Virus record (IMG/VR): IMGVR_UViG_3300038679_000032
Span: 516 to 64,515 of that record
Origin: a virus
Taxonomy: Duplodnaviria; Caudoviricetes
DNA length: 64,000 bases
Reading direction: 5' to 3' (one strand)
Part shown: in pieces, positions 9,610 through 19,384 of the stretch
Numbering within the stretch: the first letter of the stretch is position 1
Layout of the letters: each line of letters starts with the position of its first letter
Position numbers and translations under genes: made by a program
The notes under the pieces: generated by a model
What the model was told of the DNA's origin: nothing
Databases searched by the model: none
Seen by the model: only the letters and a program-made list of their open reading frames with translations

Positions 9610-10470
9610 CCAAAAATGTCCAAAATATACAAAACCGCCCCAAATAAAATCATCAATAATATCCAACCTAATTTAATTAGGTCCCACGGGTCCAATACAA
9701 TCTCCCCCCATACATCATCACAAAACCATCCATGTAAACCCATCCCAGTCTATCCCTGTAGATACCAATTCCTAATTGTGAAATGTATGACCACACTAAA
9801 AGGGGCTGTAGACTCTTGATGTTGATTCCCCCGTTCCCCCCTCGTCTCGACTACCGGGGGTAGTAGGGGGGCCTACCGGATCGAATCACCATCGAACAGA
9901 ATCGGGACCAGGAACCCCCTGGGGTTGGCTGGGGGCCGGAGAGGGGGGGATACTGAGGTCATGCGGGGGGTGGTCTCCAGCCTGTCTCCTGCCCTGCTCC
10001 TCTCCTGGTTATGGTCTGTCCTTTCTCTTGTTCTATTGTGTTTTAATGTCTACTGTTTCAATAGAATTACTGGAGATGGGGGTGATATGGGGGGAGGGTG
10101 ATGCTGTGTTGTTTCTTGTTATAGTCTGAGGGCCGGTTTATATGGGGTTTTATCTGTTGGGGGCGCGGTTTTTCCTGTGATAATTCCAGATTGATATATG
10201 GGGTTGATTGTATTGATGATTGTGTTCTTCTGGGGGCGGTTTGACATAAATGGAATTGATAGTGGGCCGTGAGAATTACGGATTGGCTTGTTTGGTGGTC
10301 TGTTGATATGCTGTGGATTAAATAAATGATGATGAATTGATTCTTATAGTTGGGGGCGTTTTCGGGGTTGTGGATAGAATTGAGGTATGGAGATTGCTCT
10401 ATTCTTTGTAAAAACTGTATCAAAAAGTTGGACAACTAACACCCCGGAGAGACGGGGAGAGGGGGGAGGA
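9610..10470. other. Non-coding divergent control region (candidate genome end or origin)
   Basis: No credible ORFs; C/A-rich left arm, G/T-rich right arm; divergent transcription on both sides. Confidence 0.55.
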
Positions 10471-10471
10471 A

Positions 10472-10738
10472 ATGAAAACGGAATACAGGGATTATGGGCT
10501 TGAGCAACGCTATAAAAACGGACGGACACGGTACGGCACCGATCTCGGCGGGATGGTGCCCGGATGGTACTGTGCGCTCGCCTCCGGGATGAGCGATGAT
10601 GGCCCCGATGGCCCGTTCCACACCCAAACCGAGGCCCTCAACCATTTGAGGACCCGATTTGAAAACGAGTATTGCCCTCCTATCGTGTTGGTGGTTCGCC
10701 GGGGACGGTTATATCGGGCCGAGGGGGTGCAGCCATGA
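10472..10738 (+). CDS. Early hypothetical protein
   Basis: GGAGG SD; first + gene. Confidence 0.65.
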   Translation: MKTEYRDYGLEQRYKNGRTRYGTDLGGMVPGWYCALASGMSDDGPDGPFHTQTEALNHLRTRFENEYCPPIVLVVRRGRLYRAEGVQP

Positions 10739-10893
10739 ATGAGCGCGCCATCATCATACGCAACGTGCCGGACGATTTGCGCCGGGAAAATGTGGGCCGC
10801 TGATAACACGGTGGTCCGAATTGCTTTGATCCGGGTTTCTGAATAGCACCACAGGGGGCCGCGCATCCTATAACGCGGGGAAAGGAATACAAG

Positions 10894-11124
10894 ATGAATA
10901 AGCAAATGATTTCTGTTCATAAGGAGGGGCCGCGATACGGCGAACCGGGGGAATACATTGAAACGATCAAAAGGAAGTGTTGGGCCGAAGCCATTGGAAA
11001 CTTCAATCCTATTTTCTGCCGTTATAAAGGGGAAAGGTGGCTCGTAAAATCAAAGGAAGGGGATATTAGTGATCCTTTCCGACGGGATGAATCATATCTT
11101 AACAGTCTTTATATCGAAGTTTGA
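10894..11124 (+). CDS. Early hypothetical protein
   Basis: SD; stop is part of a repeated junction motif. Confidence 0.65.
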   Translation: MNKQMISVHKEGPRYGEPGEYIETIKRKCWAEAIGNFNPIFCRYKGERWLVKSKEGDISDPFRRDESYLNSLYIEV

Positions 11125-11136
11125 AAGGGGGAAGAA

Positions 11137-11379
11137 ATGAAAGCACATTATATTGCAATGGCTGGTTTGCGTGGTTATTTGCCGAACTATTGCGCGGCGC
11201 ATGATAGCTATGCGGACGCAGTAGAAGACTTGGCAGCTATGCATGACCTCGGGAGGGATCGGAAACGGGAACTAAAACGAAATGGATGTATTGAACTAAA
11301 CCTTCATAGGGACGGGAACGAATACGCGGAAATCGAAGAATGCAACTGCGGGAATCTAGAACAACATAATGATTTTTGA
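11137..11379 (+). CDS. Early hypothetical protein
   Basis: Bounded by TGAAAGGGGG junctions. Confidence 0.7.
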   Translation: MKAHYIAMAGLRGYLPNYCAAHDSYADAVEDLAAMHDLGRDRKRELKRNGCIELNLHRDGNEYAEIEECNCGNLEQHNDF

Positions 11380-11391
11380 AAGGGGGAAGCC

Positions 11392-11883
11392 ATGAAAGCA
11401 TACAAAGACTTTAAGCCGACGGCGTTCGATGGCCATTATCCAGTTGATAATAGGGAACACTGGCTACTTGCCCCAGTTGCCCGAAATAGAGATAGTGGGC
11501 CGCTTGAAAGGTCAAATTTTCGTTGCTTTGCGGGTGAATTGGGGGAAGAAAGCGAAACAACCTATGAAATTCACCGTTTCGGCCACTGGGGGCCGGGCTG
11601 GTTTGAGATTATTCTTATTAATCCAGAAAACCAGGAGGCCGTAAATAAGGCCCTTGAAATGGAATCAGCCCTCGAAAACTATCCTGTATTAAACGAGGAC
11701 GATTATTGTCAACTTGAAACGGAGGAGGCGAATCAAATATGGGAATCATGCTACGATTGGCGCGGGCGGGTTGCATATATCCGAAAACATGAAAGCGAAT
11801 TTGACTTTAGAGATATGGCGGACCTTGTTTCTTGTGTGAGGGGTAAATACTTTGCGGGTTATGCCAGCGAATTGATAGCATGA
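11392..11883 (+). CDS. Early phage protein (RDS..LE.SNF / HRFGHW family)
   Basis: Motifs I recall from uncharacterised phage early proteins; junction SD. Confidence 0.7.
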   Translation: MKAYKDFKPTAFDGHYPVDNREHWLLAPVARNRDSGPLERSNFRCFAGELGEESETTYEIHRFGHWGPGWFEIILINPENQEAVNKALEMESALENYPVLNEDDYCQLETEEANQIWESCYDWRGRVAYIRKHESEFDFRDMADLVSCVRGKYFAGYASELIA

Positions 11884-11896
11884 AAGGGGGCGTATT

Positions 11897-12208
11897 ATGA
11901 CAAGACAAGAACGGCTTTTACCGGGAGGGGTTCCCCGCTGGATAAGGTGTTATGATAACGGGGGGAAAACTTTTGACAGGTTCACGGTTGTCTTTTCTCA
12001 CGCGCATAGTTTTGGATTGATGGGTTATACGGTAGGCAGGGGAATGTCCGAGCATCCCAGTCATCCGCAGGGGTTTGGTCAATGGTTTGAATACCAGAGC
12101 CATATTTACAATGGGCGAAGCGGGGGAAAGCGGATCAGGTTCCAGGATTTGCCTGTGGATTGTCAAAAGTTGGTTTTATACGATTATAAGGACCTCTGGA
12201 AACTATGA
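11897..12208 (+). CDS. Early phage protein (YDNGGKTxDR family)
   Basis: CYDNGGKTFDRFTVVF motif. Confidence 0.7.
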   Translation: MTRQERLLPGGVPRWIRCYDNGGKTFDRFTVVFSHAHSFGLMGYTVGRGMSEHPSHPQGFGQWFEYQSHIYNGRSGGKRIRFQDLPVDCQKLVLYDYKDLWKL

Positions 12209-12220
12209 AAGGGGGAAGCC

Positions 12221-12400
12221 ATGAGATGTAATCAATGTGAAGCCTTAATGATTAATGGGATTTTTTGCCATGAAACCGGATGCCCTAACTCCCGGAAACG
12301 GTATAACCGGGAAGCGGAAACATGGGAAACAATGCTGACTTGTCGAACCTGTGGTTATGATTACCCAGAGGGGGAAACCTGTTGTGAAATGGAGGGATAA
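12221..12400 (+). CDS. Cys-rich early protein (59 aa, CNQCEALMINGIFCHETGCPN)
   Basis: Hand translation behind the junction motif. Confidence 0.65.
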   Translation: MRCNQCEALMINGIFCHETGCPNSRKRYNREAETWETMLTCRTCGYDYPEGETCCEMEG

Positions 12401-12403
12401 GAG

Positions 12404-12709
12404 ATGAAAAAATTTGATGAATTGGCAGAGGAGCAAAAAGCGGCGGCGGTTGCGTACCATGTAAACGATCTCCTAAAAGCCATTATAGAGGAGGGAATAA
12501 GGTTTAATGACAAATTAAACGGGGATGACCTCCAGGCTCGGATTGACAAAGCATTTGACAAAGCGGAAAGTATGAAAACACCCTGGTTTGCCCATGAATA
12601 CATCATGGACACTTGCCGGGATGACCTCGAAGGAATGGCACAATGCAGGGCGGAAGATTGTCTATATGCTGAAACAGGAGACCCGGAAGTGATAAGGGGG
12701 ATCGCATGA
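12404..12709 (+). CDS. Early hypothetical protein
   Basis: SD GGAGGG. Confidence 0.65.
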   Translation: MKKFDELAEEQKAAAVAYHVNDLLKAIIEEGIRFNDKLNGDDLQARIDKAFDKAESMKTPWFAHEYIMDTCRDDLEGMAQCRAEDCLYAETGDPEVIRGIA

Positions 12710-12797
12710 TTCAGGAACTTGTAAAAGCGGCGATTGTAGTTATTGGGTTTTTCATGATAATGGGGGGTTACATTCTTTTGTAAAAAAGGAGGGAACT

Positions 12798-13016
12798 ATG
12801 GAACACGGGAAAATTAAAGTTGAAATCGCGGAAGACTATCCGGGGGCGCAATGGTATGACATTACGATTGAACTTCCTGGATATGGTGGGGGGAATCGTT
12901 CAAAATTCAAATTGATTCCCCTCGATATGGTGCTGGGGGCTGAGGACATAATCGAAAGTCCTTTTTTTCGGCCAGAGTGTGCAAAGGCAATTAAACGGGG
13001 GCTGGAATCAGCCTAA
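12798..13016 (+). CDS. Early hypothetical protein
   Basis: SD AAGGAGG. Confidence 0.65.
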   Translation: MEHGKIKVEIAEDYPGAQWYDITIELPGYGGGNRSKFKLIPLDMVLGAEDIIESPFFRPECAKAIKRGLESA

Positions 13017-13051
13017 AAACAGTCTACGCCGTAGACGGAAAAGGAGGGGTT

Positions 13052-13614
13052 ATGCAAGAAACATTGGTTTTCAAATGGGGCACTTCACGCGGGCGGGATA
13101 CTATGGCTACACCATTTGCAGCCTTTATGCAAACGGGAAACGAGTTGCATCGGTTAACGGGGGGGGTTATGATATGAAAGGGGCGGCACTTGGAAACTAT
13201 ATCGAAAGTCGTTTTCAAAAAGAACTTTGCCAGCTTTCAATCCCTATGAACCGCCGAAACGGGGAAGACATTCAGGAGTTTTACGGGTTAACCTTTCACG
13301 ATCCGACCTATAATCCCGGCGACTATATCCCGGAGCCCGACGGCACTTTCATTAAGGAAGATGATCGGGGGAAAACAGTTTCGCAACTTGAAAAGGAAGG
13401 GAAAAGCCTGGGACTTGATAGGTACCAGGCTTTCTATCGCGCCTCCTCGAAAACGCCGACGGAAAGGCACGTAATTCCCTTAATTGACGGGGCGTGCGGT
13501 TTCAGTAGTGTTGAAACGATTATCAAGGCACTTGGTTATGACCTCCAATACATAACAGGCGGGCGGCGTTCTAAGAATGATATTTATTTACTGACAGAAA
13601 GGGGGAAAGTATGA
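13052..13614 (+). pseudogene. Frameshifted early gene (MQETLVFKWGTSRGRDT / YGYTICSL...GGGYDMKG)
   Basis: Strong SD at ATG 13052; the frame must shift -1 at about 13102 to join the long ORF ending at 13614. Confidence 0.6.
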
Positions 13615-13783
13615 AAACCGAAATGATGGAGGGGCCGAAGGTTTACCAATTTACAATTCAGGAGGGGAAGGTCTGCCACAGGAGGGAGCAAATCTTGACG
13701 GCGCTCGGAAGGGCGGTCTGTTATGTGGCCGCTCTGGGAATTGTCTTTATTTGCCTTTTTCTGGCAAGGTAGGAGGGGAAACC

Positions 13784-14068
13784 ATGAAACATACGCCGGG
13801 ACCGTGGGTTATACAAACAGATAATAGGGGTTTTTATTGGATTGATAAACTAACAAATGATGGGGGGTTTTCGATCTGTAATCTTGGAAATGTCGAGGAA
13901 GCAAAAGCTAACGCCGCGCTTATCGCCGCCGCGCCGGAACTGTTGGAGGCGTGCAGGGACACCTTAACGCGCTTGGAGTGGTGGGAAGAGGACCGAGAAA
14001 ATAGGTGCATCGATAACGCATTTGCGGTTCTTAAGTGCGCCATTGCCAAAGCAGAGGGGAGGGAATAA
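13784..14068 (+). CDS. Phage protein, HTPGPW...NAxLIAAAP family
   Basis: Recognisable motifs; AGGAGG SD. Confidence 0.75.
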   Translation: MKHTPGPWVIQTDNRGFYWIDKLTNDGGFSICNLGNVEEAKANAALIAAAPELLEACRDTLTRLEWWEEDRENRCIDNAFAVLKCAIAKAEGRE

Positions 14069-14253
14069 TGAAAACAAAAAACACAAAAGTCGAAAGGATG
14101 CTACAAGCACTATCCATTGTGGTTAAGGATGAAAACAAGAATTTGATTAAAGCCATGAACTCCGTAATTGCAGATGGACGCGACGGATATGACTACGACT
14201 TTGTTTCAATGGCTGAAAGTAGCAGGATAACGGTTAAGGGAAAATCCTACTAA
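14068..14253 (+). CDS. Hypothetical protein
   Basis: TAATG coupling. Confidence 0.55.
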   Translation: MKTKNTKVERMLQALSIVVKDENKNLIKAMNSVIADGRDGYDYDFVSMAESSRITVKGKSY

Positions 14254-14271
14254 CAGAGGAGGAAATGAACC

Positions 14272-14511
14272 ATGCTATACATCGAACGAGCAGGAATCAA
14301 GGTTCCATTTTTCAATACCGTTCTTAAAGCCAATAAGGATTATGAACGGAGGCGGGATTGTCTTATCCCAGAAGCGGAAAAGTACGCCGACAGGAGACAC
14401 GGTAAAAGACATCGGAACGGGGAATCTCCAGAAGATCACGCGGCACGGTGGAATAAATGCTTCTCAGCCGCAATGGAAAGGGCGGTTATTAAGGCAAACC
14501 TGAAAGCATAA
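14272..14511 (+). CDS. Hypothetical protein
   Basis: SD GAGGAGG. Confidence 0.6.
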   Translation: MLYIERAGIKVPFFNTVLKANKDYERRRDCLIPEAEKYADRRHGKRHRNGESPEDHAARWNKCFSAAMERAVIKANLKA

Positions 14512-14914
14512 TTAGGTCCGCCTTTATCAAGTCAAGGTCCGTTAGGCTCAGTTTTCGATGCTTAACGGACCTTTCTTTCAACCTATCAAATCCGTCTTGC
14601 CCGATCCGCTTAATGATAGCATCCCGGGCCCTCTCCCCCTCCCCTCCCCTATGTATCCGGCAGATGTGGCATTGCCAACAGGTCCAAACGAGGTTATCCT
14701 GATCCCATCTCAGCCACGGGTAAACCTTTTTCGGGAAGTAGTGGTGCTGTTGGTTCCCCGGACCCCCACATAAAGCGCAATACCCTTGCCAAAGTTTCCG
14801 GCATACCTGAGAACCTAAATGATCCAATTCATCGGAGAGGATTTTCTTTTCAGACCGGGGCCGTTTCTTTTTGCGGGGCTTGACTGGTTTTTTGCGGGGC
14901 TTTTTTGTGTTCAT
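14489..14914 (-). CDS. NinG/Rap-like HNH-fold endonuclease
   Basis: Basic N-terminus, CALCG...HHYFP...LRWDQDNLVWTCWQCH. Confidence 0.75.
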   Translation of the reverse strand: MNTKKPRKKPVKPRKKKRPRSEKKILSDELDHLGSQVCRKLWQGYCALCGGPGNQQHHYFPKKVYPWLRWDQDNLVWTCWQCHICRIHRGGEGERARDAIIKRIGQDGFDRLKERSVKHRKLSLTDLDLIKADLIMLSGLP

Positions 14915-15396
14915 CCTAAGAACCATTTCCCGCATTTCGCGCAACGGGTAGCAGGTAATTGTTCCAGATGCTCACAAATATCCGTGCAAAGCTCCCCTTT
15001 CCCTTCCCGTTCAAGCAGGTTATTCTTGAGGGCTTCGACGGATAAAGGTTTTGCCATTGCTAATAGCTCAGATTTTTTCTCATCGTCGGCATCATGGACA
15101 TAAGGTAAAAGCAGGGTAATCTTGGATATGTCCATCTGGTTTTCGGGAATCGCCAAAAGGGTGCCGAACTCCTGATAGACTTGGGCCATTCGGTGCGCGT
15201 GTGCGGGGCTGATGTGGAGGACTTGCTTGCAGAAATGGCCGAAAGAGTGAACATGTGGCCCCTCTAATTTCCACATCTGCTTGGATTTGATTAGTGAAAC
15301 GGCCTTTCCGCATTTGAGGTATCCTTCGATGCCCGCCCTCATCCCGTCCTGAAACTCTTGAATGATATTGAAATACTCATTTCCGACTGTTAGCAT
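14911..15396 (-). CDS. Hypothetical helical protein (DUF3102-like N-terminus)
   Basis: G..L..IK...W...SF..FC pattern; tentative. Confidence 0.5.
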   Translation of the reverse strand: MLTVGNEYFNIIQEFQDGMRAGIEGYLKCGKAVSLIKSKQMWKLEGPHVHSFGHFCKQVLHISPAHAHRMAQVYQEFGTLLAIPENQMDISKITLLLPYVHDADDEKKSELLAMAKPLSVEALKNNLLEREGKGELCTDICEHLEQLPATRCAKCGKWFLG

Positions 15397-15408
15397 TGGA
15401 CCTCCTTG

Positions 15409-15564
15409 TTATTTATTAAAAAACGCCCTCAATACTGCCGCAGTAACAATGGCGGCGGCAATGTAACTCAAGCCTCTTTCTGTGGGGTCGCTTGCACTCA
15501 GATTGCCAGTTGCGCCAGCACACCCAACCAGTAAAAACATCAAGTATGGTATTGTCTTCTTCAT
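15409..15564 (-). CDS. Small lipoprotein (51 aa)
   Basis: MKKTIPYLMFLLVG-C lipobox plus a second hydrophobic segment. Confidence 0.6.
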   Translation of the reverse strand: MKKTIPYLMFLLVGCAGATGNLSASDPTERGLSYIAAAIVTAAVLRAFFNK

Positions 15565-15576
15565 TTTCCCCTCCCT

Positions 15577-15822
15577 TTATAGTTTAATCTTTTTACCATT
15601 ACGGATGAAATAGCAGTAAGAGCCTTCGCAGATACAGGAATCTATCCCGTGATACTGGAACTTCTTCTCGAAAGCGGCCTTTTCTGACTCGGAAAGGGGA
15701 ACGGGTAAATCCTTTATCGGGGCCGGGAAGATTAAAGACAGTAAAAGCAGATAAGTAATCAGGCCGACCGAAACCACAATGGCTATTTTTGCCTTGACAG
15801 ACAGTCTATACTGTAGACTCAT
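15577..15822 (-). CDS. Membrane-anchored hypothetical protein
   Basis: N-terminal TM segment; GGAGG SD. Confidence 0.6.
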   Translation of the reverse strand: MSLQYRLSVKAKIAIVVSVGLITYLLLLSLIFPAPIKDLPVPLSESEKAAFEKKFQYHGIDSCICEGSYCYFIRNGKKIKL

Positions 15823-15831
15823 TGGGACCTC

Positions 15832-16053
15832 CTACATAAACGGTCCGCCGGGATATAATGCGTGAACTCCTGATTTCAGATGGACGCATATCCGGCCTGT
15901 CCCATTGCAATTCCGGCACTCTCTTGGATATTCACCGCCCCACTCCAATCCACCACAACAACCACAATCACGCTCGACCCATCCGGGGTAATCATCTATC
16001 GGATTGTCTGGAACATGCACGACCTTTGAATTTTTACTGTCCCAGTATGCCAT
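15832..16053 (-). CDS. DnaJ-type zinc-finger small protein
   Basis: CGCCGG...CRNCNGTG. Confidence 0.6.
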   Translation of the reverse strand: MAYWDSKNSKVVHVPDNPIDDYPGWVERDCGCCGGLEWGGEYPRECRNCNGTGRICVHLKSGVHALYPGGPFM

Positions 16054-16219
16054 CTCTCCCTCCCTGTTGAATTACTTTTCCTTCATGGACGATTCTTGCC
16101 GTGCGGCCCGATTCAACCAATGTCTCATAGTTGGCTTCCGCCCATTCATAGTTTTTGTGCTTACTGTAAAGAATCCATTCATTGTCTTTGATGTATTGAA
16201 CAAGATACATGAATCCTCC

Positions 16220-16939
16220 TTATAAGGGTAATACTTCTTGAGCCAATCTATCCACCGCTATTTTGCAATACTTTTCTTCAATCTCTATTCCAATGGCCTT
16301 GCGGCCTAACTGCTTGGCGGCGACCAAAGTAGTGCCGGAACCCATGAAGGGGTCAAGGATGGTGCCTGCTGGTGGACAGGAAACACGAATCAATTTATTG
16401 CAAATCCCGACCGGTTTTTCTGCCGGATGTGTTCTCCCTGAACCGGCGATGGTTGTAAAAACCTTGCTCATTAAGCGGTAATCTTCGCACAGGAAATAGC
16501 TTCCCGGTTTCCTCATGCTCGCAATGTATTCGAGATCATGAAGAAAGTGATTATTTTTAGCGGGGATTGGGTTTGTTTTATGCATCACAAGGAGGTCATA
16601 AAGAAGCCCTTCCGATTCGGCATGATTAAGATATTTCGCTATAAGGGTCTTGTTGCAAAAAAAGTATGCCGTCTTAAATTTATTCCGAAGACCGTTCAAT
16701 ATTTCAAGCGGATCGAACTTGTCACAGGAGAGCTTTTTTAAGTCATTAAGATATTCTCGCGGCTCTCTTGTTAAGCCATGCCACTTTACGCCATAGAAAC
16801 CACCACCACACGCCTCAAAATTATACGGCGGGTCAGTCAGCACCAAGTCCACAGGCTCAAGGTGCGGCAGGATGTCACGACAATCGCCGTGGTAAATCGT
16901 TATCCCGGCATGGTCGTAATAAGGCTCTGGCAAACTCAT
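16220..16939 (-). CDS. DNA amino-methyltransferase (N6A/N4C, beta class)
   Basis: DPPY catalytic motif precedes DPFMGSGTT SAM-binding motif. Confidence 0.92.
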   Translation of the reverse strand: MSLPEPYYDHAGITIYHGDCRDILPHLEPVDLVLTDPPYNFEACGGGFYGVKWHGLTREPREYLNDLKKLSCDKFDPLEILNGLRNKFKTAYFFCNKTLIAKYLNHAESEGLLYDLLVMHKTNPIPAKNNHFLHDLEYIASMRKPGSYFLCEDYRLMSKVFTTIAGSGRTHPAEKPVGICNKLIRVSCPPAGTILDPFMGSGTTLVAAKQLGRKAIGIEIEEKYCKIAVDRLAQEVLPL

Positions 16940-16948
16940 CCTAATTCC

Positions 16949-17164
16949 TCATAGTATTTCGCTACCCTTTTTAATCCGCTTTCTGTCTTCTATTCTACGG
17001 CCACGATCATCATTCAACTCTTTACTTTTCTCTGTAAGGGCGGCAAGATGGTCGGTGTAGAGGACATAATCGCCATCATTGTCTTCCAACATGATACCCG
17101 ATGGATACCCCCTATCTTGTGGGTGGTATTCTACAGATGGGTCGTATCTTTTAATCTTTTCCAT
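16949..17164 (-). CDS. Hypothetical protein (Ead-like YVLYTDH motif)
   Basis: AGGAGG SD preceded by a palindrome copy. Confidence 0.6.
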   Translation of the reverse strand: MEKIKRYDPSVEYHPQDRGYPSGIMLEDNDGDYVLYTDHLAALTEKSKELNDDRGRRIEDRKRIKKGSEIL

Positions 17165-17193
17165 TTACCCCTCCTAACAGTCTACAGTATAGA

Positions 17194-17415
17194 CTATTCA
17201 GTTATTTCACTTTTGGGCCTAAATTCCTGTTCAATGGAATAGTTGTTCCTACTCCCATCGAAAAGCCCCATGACCACCCTCGGCTCCACCCCATGCTTCT
17301 TTGCGAGTCGGCGGCAGAAAACAAGCCATGCCTGTCTCTCTGTGTGAGCATAGACATAGGCTCGTTCCATCTCGCATTGATACATGAAGATGCCCTTCCA
17401 GAGTTTCTTTTCCAT
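17194..17415 (-). CDS. Hypothetical protein
   Basis: Coupled to the primase stop. Confidence 0.6.
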   Translation of the reverse strand: MEKKLWKGIFMYQCEMERAYVYAHTERQAWLVFCRRLAKKHGVEPRVVMGLFDGSRNNYSIEQEFRPKSEITE

Positions 17416-19094
17416 CACATCCTCCAAAAGCCCCAATCAATCAATGTGTTAAACATACTCCCATTATTCCTTATTTCGTATTTGAGCCTTTTGCCGTCCA
17501 TTTTGCCTATTTTGGGATGCTTACACTTGATTATCTCCGCAACCCCCACCACATCTTCGTGACTTCCTTCTATTTTCTTCAACGAAATGGCTAATCGGGG
17601 CTTCTCCAAAATCAAATCCCCGGATCGTGGCAGTCTCGCCCCTACCTTATGCTGGACGCAGACAATCGCAATTCCTTTTTGTAGTTTGTCATGGATTTGC
17701 CTCATGTATTCGGCGGCCCTCGTGTAATCCCCCTCTGGAAACTCCAGGTAGTCTATGATATTCAGTCCGTCCGGGTCCATAGCATTAGTCAGATTGTTCT
17801 TTAAGGCAATGTATTTCAAGGATTCATCCGGCATCCAAACCTCTTTGTCTATCCCGAACCACTTGAACCGCCCCTTAATCTCCCTTACCTTCATTTCACT
17901 TGAGGCATACCGGATATTGAACCGATTCCTGTTGTCTACAAGTGTAGAGAGGGCGAACAGCGACTTCCCGGAATTGAATTCCCCAGAACAGAGGATAATG
18001 TTGCCTTGGTAAATATCGACCAGTTCATGCAATCCAAAGGGGAGCTTCAAAACAGACGGCTCACCCTCTTCCTCTTTGAAATCAAGGTACTCAATGTCCG
18101 TGTCAATTCTGCGATACCACCCATCCTTATCCCCGCTTTTTTCGATTGTTAAGCCTTTTCGCCTACTTATCGCTTTTCGTGCCGCAACCATGTCTCTCGA
18201 TGTCACAAAACCGAGTTCCTTGTAACAACTTGTCACACTGAAGTTGCCCTCTGTCACACTTATGAAGGCATCGACCTCGGCTTGGATGTTTCTTTCCTTC
18301 CTTTCTGCACGGTCATAGGCACTCTTGATCTTGGCATTGATCCATGCTTCGTCCTGCTCCCCCCAAGATGATACAATCGCTCGTAATAATTGGCGAATAT
18401 ACTCCGGTGAGTTTGCGGTTTTTACCAGGCAATTTGCCACATGAAAGAGGTTTTCATCCCTACATCCCTCAGCCCAGATGTCACGTTTTGTCTCATTTGT
18501 CACGCATTGTCCATCAACTTTTTGTGACCCCCTATATATATTGTTTGTTTTTAACATAATCTTTAAGTAAGAGATAAAAGATATAGGGACAGGAGAAAGT
18601 GCAGTTTTGTGGATTTCCAATCCTTGCTTCCACGAATAAGGAATGCCGGTTCCGTTAAGTGACGGAGGGGCTACGATGTAGCCAGTCTCCCCCCGATAGT
18701 CCATTGCTATTTGTTCGCATGTACCAATTGATGTGTCGTCCGCGCCCTCGTATAGAAAATATTGATGATCCCCCCCGGACGGGGAAGAGGATGTCGGGGT
18801 GATGATGTTGTCTGGGATTAGTTCAAGTGCCTTCTCTGGATTATAGGTCGGTTTGTATTTGTCGTGGTCCACCACAAACAGGTTACTGATGCGACCCGTG
18901 ATGATGCCTATATTGTAGTTCGGGTTCTTCCCCCACCATTCCCTGATTTGTTCTACGGAGGCCCGTTCCGTCCGGTAAGGGATGACCTCGAAGCCCTTTG
19001 GGGGGAACTTTTGGCCCGGGGCCAACGGTATCACGGAAAAGGACATCTTCTCCCGATACCAGATTGCGGCCTTCAGAAGTTTGTTTTCAGGCAT
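17415..19094 (-). CDS. Bifunctional Prim-Pol primase / PriCT / P-loop helicase
   Basis: NIGIITG..LFVVDHD, HQYF, GYIVAPPS; RDENLF; Walker A GEFNSGKS; Walker B IIDY. Confidence 0.9.
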   Translation of the reverse strand: MPENKLLKAAIWYREKMSFSVIPLAPGQKFPPKGFEVIPYRTERASVEQIREWWGKNPNYNIGIITGRISNLFVVDHDKYKPTYNPEKALELIPDNIITPTSSSPSGGDHQYFLYEGADDTSIGTCEQIAMDYRGETGYIVAPPSLNGTGIPYSWKQGLEIHKTALSPVPISFISYLKIMLKTNNIYRGSQKVDGQCVTNETKRDIWAEGCRDENLFHVANCLVKTANSPEYIRQLLRAIVSSWGEQDEAWINAKIKSAYDRAERKERNIQAEVDAFISVTEGNFSVTSCYKELGFVTSRDMVAARKAISRRKGLTIEKSGDKDGWYRRIDTDIEYLDFKEEEGEPSVLKLPFGLHELVDIYQGNIILCSGEFNSGKSLFALSTLVDNRNRFNIRYASSEMKVREIKGRFKWFGIDKEVWMPDESLKYIALKNNLTNAMDPDGLNIIDYLEFPEGDYTRAAEYMRQIHDKLQKGIAIVCVQHKVGARLPRSGDLILEKPRLAISLKKIEGSHEDVVGVAEIIKCKHPKIGKMDGKRLKYEIRNNGSMFNTLIDWGFWRM

Positions 19095-19098
19095 AGCC

Positions 19099-19293
19099 TT
19101 ATCTCAGGAGCAAGTCCTTCGGGTCGATCCGCAAGGTGCGTGCAATCAATGTAAGCGTCTTCAGGGTGGTGGATTGGGATAACAGCATCTTTGAGTAGGT
19201 GCTGTCCGTCAACCTGAACCGCCTTGAAAACGCCGACATGGATAGATTCAGCTTCTTGCGCTCGTTTTCCAGTTTTCGTATATTGAGTCTCAT
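19099..19293 (-). CDS. XRE/Cro-type HTH regulator
   Basis: 64 aa, LSMSAFSRRFRLTDSTYSKM...TLKTLTLIARTL; sits at a divergent promoter. Confidence 0.8.
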   Translation of the reverse strand: MRLNIRKLENERKKLNLSMSAFSRRFRLTDSTYSKMLLSQSTTLKTLTLIARTLRIDPKDLLLR

Positions 19294-19355
19294 GGGGTGG
19301 GATAATAAATCCTTTCCGGGGAAAAGTCAAGAAATGTTTTTTCTGAAAATAATTC

Positions 19356-19384
19356 TTGACAAACGGGGAAGCATCATATAGACT
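19356..19384 (+). promoter_or_regulatory. sigma70-like promoter for the rightward block
   Basis: TTGACA-17 bp-TAGACT. Confidence 0.7.

Larger units (their letters stand above)
11122..12223 (+). repeat. Repeated gene-junction motif TGA-AAGGGGG-N-ATG
   Basis: 11122, 11377, 11881, 12206; variant near 13596. Confidence 0.8.
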
